DNA of 60,384 nt, filler included. It is 5 parts of 5 records of this genome, joined end to end, with 100 filler letters (N's around TTAATTAATTAA, not from the genome) between each part and the next. Parts side by side here need not be neighbours in the genome. Positions count along the whole stretch, not along the records: positions 12,118 to 24,519 come from DRR378314_730; positions 24,620 to 37,646 come from DRR378314_731; 3 more parts are not named here. One strand, written 5' to 3'. The notes beneath the pieces are model-generated. The model made no database searches, was not told the DNA's origin, and saw nothing but the letters and a program-made list of their open reading frames with translations. Position numbers and translations under genes: made by a program. The first letter of the stretch is position 1. Every line of letters starts with the position of its first letter. Shown here in pieces: positions 19,084 through 25,849 of this stretch.

Positions 19084-19914
19084 TTGAGAAAACCACGGCT
19101 ATTTATCGCGTCCTCAGTTGAAAGCCTTCCTATCGCTGAGGCTGTGAATGTTAATCTGGATCTCGATTTTGAAGTGACTATTTGGAAAAATGGTACATTC
19201 AAACTCTCATCATCAACGATCGAAGATCTGGTAGAGAAATCATCAGCTGTGGATTTTGCGCTGTTCATTTTTGCACCCGACGATATTACTACAATCAGGA
19301 ACAGAAATGAGCATGTAGTCAGGGACAATGTGATATTCGAAATGGGACTGTTTGTTGGTGCAATTGGAAAGTCTAGATCCTTCGTTCTAAAGCCACGCGA
19401 TGTTGATATGCATTTGCCGACAGATTTGTTAGGTGTAATGCCGGCGGACTTCGATGCAAACCGCTCCGATGGCGATCTTGTTTCGGCGACAAATAGAGCA
19501 TGCTCTTTGATTAAATCAGAGGTAGAGAGGCTTGGGCTTATAAACCATGCAAGTCTTTCTGAATCTAAAACCATCATAGCCAACCCCGCGAGCTATGAGC
19601 TAAAAGAGCAGGACTACAAGTTTCTAGCTGCTTGTCTGCAAAGTCATGTTGCGGATCCAGTCGGCTTGCCTTTCCATAGAATAGCAAATAGCTTTTGTGG
19701 GGTTAACGAAGCTATTTTGCAAATATCGCTCATTAAACTGGAGCGTATGGGGTTAATAAGCAAATCTGTAGAGACAGATCACCAGGATGATTATGATTTT
19801 TATGCATACTCAATCACAGAGTTGGGTGTAGATGAGTTGCTGAAGAATGAGGAATACCTACAGCCAAAAGCGTCTAAGGCGACGGATGGTTTTGATGATG
19901 ATATCCCGTTCTAG
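19084..19914 (+). CDS. Cassette 2: TIR domain protein (CAP12/Pycsar-type TIR) with winged-helix-like C-terminal domain and SSB-Ct-like tail
   Basis: RLFIASSVE, DFALFIFAPDD, RDNVIFEMGLFVG, LPTDLLG; LIKLERMGLI...YSITELG; ends GFDDDIPF; TTG start after GGAG. Confidence 0.85.
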   Translation: MRKPRLFIASSVESLPIAEAVNVNLDLDFEVTIWKNGTFKLSSSTIEDLVEKSSAVDFALFIFAPDDITTIRNRNEHVVRDNVIFEMGLFVGAIGKSRSFVLKPRDVDMHLPTDLLGVMPADFDANRSDGDLVSATNRACSLIKSEVERLGLINHASLSESKTIIANPASYELKEQDYKFLAACLQSHVADPVGLPFHRIANSFCGVNEAILQISLIKLERMGLISKSVETDHQDDYDFYAYSITELGVDELLKNEEYLQPKASKATDGFDDDIPF

Positions 19915-19986
19915 TGCTAACAAAGCGCTCTTGCCGGACAAGTTTTCCGCTGCGCTTCAAACTTTCCGCAAAGCGCGGCGTTACAC
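19915..19986 (+). mobile_element. attC site 2 (72 bp)
   Basis: TGCTAAC...GTTACAC with imperfect internal palindrome (gcgctcttgc/gcaaagcgc). Confidence 0.88.
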
Positions 19987-19996
19987 GGCCTAAACG

Positions 19997-20785
19997 ATGA
20001 AGCGATGTATATTCTGTAATCTGGACTGCAGTGGGTCGAGGCGAGCGAAGGAGCACATCATTCCTGACCACCTTCAGCGGAGGTATGGGCTGCCGAAAGA
20101 AAGGCTTTCGAATGCTCACTCCAAGATAGTAAGCGGTGATTTTGCGGGCGGCCATATATCTAAACTTCCAGCTGAGCGTGAACTGACTTATTCAGGGTTT
20201 CTTGCCGGTCGAGTTTGCAAAACCTGTAATAATGGGTGGATGTCGGAATTAGAAAAAGGGGTTATACCTCTTGTTTATCAGCTTATCGACGGGGAGGTGG
20301 GCCTTGATAAAATAAAACAGAAAGAACGGGAGAGTCTAGCTCGCTGGAGTTTTAAAACCACCGCTGCATTGAGTGGTTCTACAAATGCTCCTCAAAACTT
20401 TGTTTCTGAATCTCATTCTAAAGAGTTTTACTCTAGCGGCGGTGTAAGCATTCCAGAAAATGTGGGAATCTTCGCTGCTACCTCCGATGAAGCCGACTTT
20501 CTCTGGAGCTTTAGCCCAACTTGGCAGGTCAGAACGGACAGTGACATACCGAAAGAGCTACTTCAATTTATGCAGAGAAAATCCTACAAGGTGTTTCTTC
20601 AATTAGGGCACTTGATGTTGGCGGTATGCTGGTGGCCGTCTAACACCATCACATACACTTTAGAGTCGTGGGCTGGAACCGAATTGTCGGGTTTGAAAAA
20701 CTTAGATACTAATAACGAAGATTGCAGGGAATATTTTGACAAAGAAAATGAGGCGTTCCTAATGGCAATTGGAGCGAAGGTATGA
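19997..20785 (+). CDS. Cassette 3: HNH endonuclease-like protein (HNH_5-type N-terminus)
   Basis: CIFC...KEHIIP...VCKTCNNGWMSELE pattern. Confidence 0.75.
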   Translation: MKRCIFCNLDCSGSRRAKEHIIPDHLQRRYGLPKERLSNAHSKIVSGDFAGGHISKLPAERELTYSGFLAGRVCKTCNNGWMSELEKGVIPLVYQLIDGEVGLDKIKQKERESLARWSFKTTAALSGSTNAPQNFVSESHSKEFYSSGGVSIPENVGIFAATSDEADFLWSFSPTWQVRTDSDIPKELLQFMQRKSYKVFLQLGHLMLAVCWWPSNTITYTLESWAGTELSGLKNLDTNNEDCREYFDKENEAFLMAIGAKV

Positions 20786-20792
20786 AATTGGC

Positions 20793-20876
20793 GTGTAACA
20801 AGCGCAGGCACAGAGACGGCTTTTCCATTGCGGCTTCGCCTCCATTACAAAGCCGCGCGTGCTGCGGGCGTTATAA
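20793..20876 (+). mobile_element. attC site 3 (84 bp)
   Basis: GTGTAAC (complement of upstream GTTACAC)...GTTATAA; cgcaggcac/gtgctgcg and cggcttt/aaagccg stems. Confidence 0.9.
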
Positions 20877-20891
20877 CTCAAGGAGAGATCG

Positions 20892-21320
20892 TTGTATTTT
20901 CTAGAATCTCAAGAATTTTGGCTTTCTATTGCCGTGATAATTGGCGGTGCGGGAGCAATTTGGGCTGCCTATAAATTTGGAAAATCTCTATCTGAAAGGG
21001 AATTGAGCCATTGGTTTCATGAATATTGGGTTTATTGGTTCGATAAAAATTCCAATCAGTATGACCGAAAGCTGGCTCTACAAGAATTTTCTGAAGCCTA
21101 TCGAGGCTATTTGAGAGAGCGGAATGATTTCTGGGAGAAATACGGCCAAGTCACCGTTTCCGTAGCCATCATTGTTGTATTGGCCGTCCTTCTTTTGACA
21201 AAGACAATTAGTCCCGAAGCGGGGTTGCCAATTTTAAGTGCTGTAGGTGGTTTTGCCATTGCTAAAACAGCGAACGTTTCAAACCAAAACCGCCCCGGTC
21301 CCGGTGGCCCACAAGGCTAG
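20892..21320 (+). CDS. Cassette 4: small membrane protein (2-3 TM)
   Basis: AGGAG RBS with TTG start; hydrophobic segments; fills the cassette. Confidence 0.75.
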   Translation: MYFLESQEFWLSIAVIIGGAGAIWAAYKFGKSLSERELSHWFHEYWVYWFDKNSNQYDRKLALQEFSEAYRGYLRERNDFWEKYGQVTVSVAIIVVLAVLLLTKTISPEAGLPILSAVGGFAIAKTANVSNQNRPGPGGPQG

Positions 21321-21322
21321 AG

Positions 21323-21377
21323 TTATAACAAGTAAAATCAGTGGACGCTAAACGCGCCGCTGCTTTAAGCGTTGGGA
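21323..21377 (+). mobile_element. attC site 4 (55 bp)
   Basis: GAGTTATAAC is the 10-nt reverse complement of GTTATAACTC at the cassette start; ends GTTGGGA. Confidence 0.85.
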
Positions 21378-21389
21378 ATGAGGTGGCGC

Positions 21390-21887
21390 ATGCAAGACAT
21401 TATTCAGCAGGTTAGGGCTGTGAACGGAGCAGATTTATACTACGTATCTCTGTTCTCCGCTCTTGCACTTCCAGATATCTGCGCTGCATTAGAAGCCGCT
21501 GATGGGCAAGCGTCAAAGGCGAAATACGTAGCTTGGTTTGATACACATGTGGCGTCGCGCTACAACGGTTTCCTTGACGGCGAAACCTCTTATTACTTCC
21601 GATGTTCAATGCTGCATCAAGGCTCTACACGGCACCCTCGGGGTCGCTATTCGCGCGTTATATTCGTAGAACCCGGCCACTCTGGAATGGTCTTGCACAA
21701 TAACGTCATAAATGACGCGCTGAACATCGATGTTCGTATCTTCTGCGAAGACCTTTGCCAAGCTGCGGAGCAATGGTGGCAAGGTGCAGCTTCGGAGGCT
21801 AATGTCCAGACAAATCTTGCGCGCTTCGTGACGCGCCACCCAACTGGTCTCGCACCATACATTGGCGGCGTCCCGGTTATTGGCTGA
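21390..21887 (+). CDS. Cassette 5: hypothetical protein with HEPN-like Rx4H motif
   Basis: GAGG RBS before ATG 21390; ALALPDIC helix and YFRCSMLHQG. Confidence 0.65.
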   Translation: MQDIIQQVRAVNGADLYYVSLFSALALPDICAALEAADGQASKAKYVAWFDTHVASRYNGFLDGETSYYFRCSMLHQGSTRHPRGRYSRVIFVEPGHSGMVLHNNVINDALNIDVRIFCEDLCQAAEQWWQGAASEANVQTNLARFVTRHPTGLAPYIGGVPVIG

Positions 21888-21892
21888 CGTAT

Positions 21893-21973
21893 GCCCAACA
21901 AGCGCGTGGAGCCGGACTCGCTACGTCGGCGCTTTGCGCTGCCTCCGCTCGCCGCTCACGCGGAGCGTTAGGC
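21893..21973 (+). mobile_element. attC site 5 (81 bp)
   Basis: GCCCAAC...GTTAGGC; cgcgtggagc/gctcacgcg stem with extrahelical base. Confidence 0.9.
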
Positions 21974-21990
21974 GTAAAAGAGGAAGCATC

Positions 21991-22554
21991 ATGAAGAAAC
22001 TTACACTGGCAATATTCATTGCACTGTTCACAATCTCGATTGCTCATGCGGGCGCGACCTCGCCCGGAGATTATTACGTCACAGCAAATAAGCTGAATGT
22101 CCGTTTGGCACCGAATAAATCAGGAAAAGTCACAGACACTGTATACAAACGGCAAAAGATTGAAGTCCTCGAAGTCAAAGATGGCTGGGCGAGAATTTCC
22201 CGTTATTACGACGGAGGGGTCGAAGGGTTGTCGGGAGATGTCGCCCGTTGGGTATTCGCTAAGTATCTCTCCACCAACCGCCCTGCTGAACAAAAAGTGG
22301 CAGATCTAAACTCTCCTGTAGCAAGAGCAATAAAATCATCGGATGACTTTTCAAAATATCAAAGCGTCTTTGTATCGGCATCAGAGCAGCTAATCAGGTC
22401 AGGCACATGTACACTCGAAGATTTCAAAGAAATGGGGGGATGGTGGAGGTCAACTAATCATAAACCAAAGCCAGTATATTTTACGTATTGCGGAGGTATA
22501 ACAAAAAGCAATCGCGTCTATCTCAATGCTGCGACCGGCAAGGCATTCAGGTAA
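21991..22554 (+). CDS. Cassette 6: secreted SH3b domain protein
   Basis: Signal peptide MKKLTLAIFIALFTISIAHA; LNVRLAP...EVLEVKDGWARI...WVFAKYL SH3_3 pattern. Confidence 0.85.
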   Translation: MKKLTLAIFIALFTISIAHAGATSPGDYYVTANKLNVRLAPNKSGKVTDTVYKRQKIEVLEVKDGWARISRYYDGGVEGLSGDVARWVFAKYLSTNRPAEQKVADLNSPVARAIKSSDDFSKYQSVFVSASEQLIRSGTCTLEDFKEMGGWWRSTNHKPKPVYFTYCGGITKSNRVYLNAATGKAFR

Positions 22555-22555
22555 A

Positions 22556-22581
22556 GCCTAACAATGGACTTCAAGGGACGC
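22556..22581 (+). mobile_element. attC left half, interrupted by IS
   Basis: GCCTAAC (complement of upstream GTTAGGC)-AATGG-ACTTCAAG, then the IS end. Confidence 0.8.
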
Positions 22582-22632
22582 TGTAGTTTCCCCGCTTTAG
22601 TGGACACCTTCTCCTAATGAGAGGAGGTGGCA

Positions 22633-22839
22633 ATGCCCAGATATAAGTATCCGAGGAAGACCTGGCAGTACTCGGCGGATTTCAAGGTGAAGGCTGTCGA
22701 GCTGAGTCATCAAGAAGGGATTGAGGTCCGGCAGGTCGCTGCAGGTCTGGATATCCATCTGTTTATGCTTTCACGGTGGCGTAAGGAATACCGCGAAGGC
22801 AGAATCAGGCCAGATGGTCGTAAACGTGTGGAAGGCTGA
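22633..22839 (+). pseudogene. IS3-family OrfA (HTH), truncated
   Basis: YSADFKVKAV...VAAGLDI..MLSRWRKEY; lacks the coiled-coil C-terminus. Confidence 0.8.
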
Positions 22840-23438
22840 TGCGTGAAGCCTCGCTGATCGCGCGTGCTGGCAGGGTATACCGCCGAATCCCAGGCATTGA
22901 GCGTTTTTATGAGCGCCACAGGAACATACGGTTGAATCAGCCGGCACCTACGGGGCTGCACCAGCAATGGGTCGCGGATCTCACCTATATCCGGGTTGGA
23001 AATGAGTGGCGATACCTGGCGGCTGTACTCGATGTGTATTCGCGAAAGGTAATTGGCTGGTCTTTGGGTAGCAGGAAGACAGCGAACCTGACTCTGCGAG
23101 CGTTACGTCACGCATTGCGAGTGAGGACGCCCAGGCCGGGCTTGATCTTCCACACGGACCGAGGCGTCGAATACGGGGCGCACCTGATCCAGAATGAGCT
23201 GGGCAGGCACGGAATTCAGCCCAGCATGAATCGGCCCAACCAGTGTACGGACAATGCGCATATGGAGTCCTTTTTCCATAGCATGACGGCAGAAGTGATC
23301 CATGGCGTCTCGTTCAAAAGCGAGAAGGAGCTAAGAGTGGTTCTGAGCGGCTACATCAACCAGTTCTATAATCAGAAACGGTTGCACTCTGGTATTGGGT
23401 ATAGGGCCCCGGCAGAATACGAGAGAATGGTAGCGTGA
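22839..23438 (+). pseudogene. IS3-family OrfB DDE transposase, N-terminally truncated
   Basis: WVADLTYI, LDVYSRKVIGW, HTDRGVEY, DNAHMESFF, YNQKRLHSGIGYRAP. Confidence 0.88.
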
Positions 23439-23472
23439 AACGAAGCGTGTCCATTTTATCGGGGGAAGATCA

Positions 23473-23521
23473 CCGGTACTACGCTGCACTCCGTGCCGGC
23501 AGCTTACCCACGGCGTTATGT
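23473..23521 (+). mobile_element. attC right half
   Basis: ccgg...ccgg stem, then GCTTACC-CACGGC-GTTATGT. Confidence 0.78.
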
Positions 23522-23533
23522 GTAGGGGGCACG

Positions 23534-23877
23534 ATGAAAATATCAGGCAGACGATACTATTGGCTCGTTCTAGCCGGATTGTTGCTAGGATTGATTTCAG
23601 GAATATTCGGTGCCCGCTACGAGGAGGCCATAAACTCCGATTTAGGCCTGATGTTCGGAATGCTCGTCATAATGGTTGTGTCGGGCATTTGCTATTACAC
23701 GGTGGCGTGGGAAATGTGGGCTAGATGGGGGGTAAAATTTATAGCCGTTCTACTAGTCCTGGGCGTGCTTGCAAGAATGCTTCACCCTATTTTTTTTTTT
23801 TTGTCATTCTCTTTCTGACTCCCGTTCTTTACTGGGCGGGGCGAATCAATGGCGTTCACGATAGAGAAACCACATAG
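23534..23877 (+). pseudogene. Cassette 7: membrane protein, frameshifted at a T13 tract
   Basis: ORF 23534-23818 as written; the alternative frame after the poly-T continues VILFLTPVLYWAGRINGVHDRETT* to a stop inside R''. Confidence 0.6.
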
Positions 23878-23960
23878 CCAGACGGTCAGCCGGAGGTCAA
23901 GAGTGTGCCGCGTTTGGTTCCCTTCGCTGCGCTCCGGTGCCGGTTACCTCAGCGTTAGGT
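23872..23960 (+). mobile_element. Degenerate attC site 7 (89 bp)
   Basis: ACATAGC where ACATAAC is expected from GTTATGT; ggtcagccgg/ccggttacc stem; ends GTTAGGT. Confidence 0.72.
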
Positions 23961-23999
23961 GGCAAGGCCTCGAAACTCTCCGAGGCCCGCCTTTCAGCC

Positions 24000-24199
24000 T
24001 CAGCGGCTACAATCTCGAACAATCGACAGCCGCCCATCCTCAACCTAATCGATACTGGTGTGTCGATGGAAAAGCCGGCTTGTTCCAGCCAGAGACCTTC
24101 CAAAAGAATGAACGGCGCCACGCGATTTCCGCTAGAAGGGGTGCGTTTGGGGATATAGTCCCAGTGGCCTTAACGGACTTTGAGGGTGCGGTTGTTCAT
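24000..24199 (-). pseudogene. symE: SymE-family type I toxin pseudogene
   Basis: AGGAG RBS; MNNRTLKVR*GHWDY...PFILLEGLWLEQAGF; a 1-nt frameshift restores EDGRLSIVRDCSR*. Confidence 0.8.
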
Positions 24200-24243
24200 G
24201 GTTAAGCTCCTGTTGTGCAATTTCTAGGTTGCGTAAGTAGGGC

Positions 24244-24325
24244 GGTCGGGAGGCTAGAAACAGCAACAGGTACTGCTCCGACTATTTCCTGCAAGCAGGT
24301 GTGCTATTCGCCGGACCTCTCGACC
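24244..24325 (-). ncRNA. Candidate C4/CI-like cloverleaf antisense RNA in the symE leader
   Basis: Closing stem ggtcgggagg/cctctcgacc, internal hairpins, and two 7-mers complementary to sites at the symE RBS. Strand inferred. Confidence 0.5.
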
Positions 24326-24404
24326 ATTACATTCCCGGATTTCGGGTACAAAAAAACCGCAATGCTTCCGGAGTGCGGCTTCGCCCGCCCCCGGCTAGCC
24401 TCTA

Positions 24405-24518
<114 letters not shown>

Positions 24519-24519
24519 A

Positions 24520-24619
24520 NNNNNNNNNNNNNNNNNNNNNNNNNNNNNNNNNNNNNNNNNNNNTTAATTAATTAANNNNNNNNNNNNNNNNNNNNNNNNN
24601 NNNNNNNNNNNNNNNNNNN
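24520..24619. other. Artificial contig linker
   Basis: N-run + TTAATTAATTAA + N-run. Confidence 0.98.
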
Positions 24620-25849
24620 CGTGTGCGCATGTATGTCCGTATGCGAAAGGATGGGGAATTTTGTTGTATATATACTCATTATGTAAAGGACTGTCTCCGG
24701 CACCAGCCGGTGTGGTTGCGTGGGGTGCGAAGGCACCCATACCGCTGTGCTTATGTCGCCGACTTTTGTTCATGATGCAGGGAATACTTGCTTTTTCATG
24801 CATATGCACCAAATAGCTCTCGTATTTTCTCTCCATGAGGAATGCCTTTTCTACGACTATCTCGAGTCTTCGCTCTGCAGCGCCTGCGGTCACTGGAGCG
24901 GCTTCGCGACGCTATATAATTGGCAGTCTTCTCCAAGCTGCTGGTTCATTGTTCTACGTGCTAGGGTTTCATATTGCAGCAGCACCCTTGCCACCTGTCG
25001 AGCGGTGAAGCGGACACGCGGCGCGCGGACAGCGGCGGGTTTAGCGGCGTTCCTTCTCACCCATGCCCGCCTCACGCAGGTCTTCTGCGCCGTGTACGTT
25101 TTCCTTTCTGGCGCATTATGCGGCGCGTAGAAATTTGGTAATGACATTTTTTCTCTCCGTGAAATGCTGGAACTGAGAGTTTTCCCTACGGAGATGGGTC
25201 TCGAATTGCGTGCAGACGCGCATTGGAAAGCTGCCTTGGCACTTTTCTTTGCAGGCTTCCAGTTTTGTTGCCATCGTCTAGGCAACCTGTTTTTGTTGGC
25301 GTTCACCGGCTGTCGTGTGCGGGAGATTTGGGGCCTGCCTGTGTCATGCAGTCTCGCATTGTTTCCATTTCGAGTGGTGATGGCTAGGTCTTCATAATGT
25401 GCGTTCGTGTCTCGAAGACTTGCGCGCCACCGCGGCGCTTACCCGCGAGCGTATTCGTGTATTCTGGGACGTGTGGCGTTGCGAAACGCGTTGCGGGTGT
25501 AAATCAGAGTCGCGCTTCTAACGAAACAGATCGGGTTCCGTATTTTCGGCGCGCAGACGCGGCGTATTTACCCGTTGGTAGCGAAGATGCCGATTTGAAT
25601 GTGTTTCCCGACGATGGGAAACAACGTGATGATGCGGAATCGGGAGGTACGCGACGCCAGCGCGAGAGCTCGCGCACCACCTCTGCAAGCCAGCGGATTA
25701 CCCGCGTAGAAAGTCCAGACTGCTTCGTTGTGCGGCTCTGTATGCGTCTGCTTCTTCCTGCCGTTTGACAGTTCGCTGACACCTCGCGCTCCTTCTCTGA
25801 CGCATCTCGACTGGCGTTGGATATGCTGTTGTAAAGTTGCCGTACCACT

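Larger units (their letters stand above)
22582..23472 (+). mobile_element. IS3-family insertion sequence, 891 bp, probably internally deleted
   Basis: TG...CA ends; IRL TGTAGTTTCCCCGCTTTAGTGGACAC versus IRR (reverse complement) TGATCTTCCCCCGATAAAATGGACAC; orfA and orfB inside. Confidence 0.9.
17928..23960. mobile_element. Chromosomal integron with dead integrase and seven gene cassettes
   Basis: intI remnant, attI, and co-oriented, more AT-rich ORFs separated by attC sites whose R'' sites are reverse complements of each cassette's own R' site. Confidence 0.92.

Noticed and set aside
19084-19914. CBASS, Pycsar or Thoeris system call
   Set aside because: No cyclase, STING/SAVED/cNMP sensor or ThsA partner is recognisable in the array.
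19915-23960. Spaced palindromes as a possible CRISPR array
   Set aside because: Units differ in sequence, are separated by whole genes and have AAC/GTT cores, so they are attC sites; no cas genes.
23897-24121. 74-aa intact SymE from the ORF track
   Set aside because: It starts after an in-frame stop and runs out of frame into attC7; it is part of a pseudogene.
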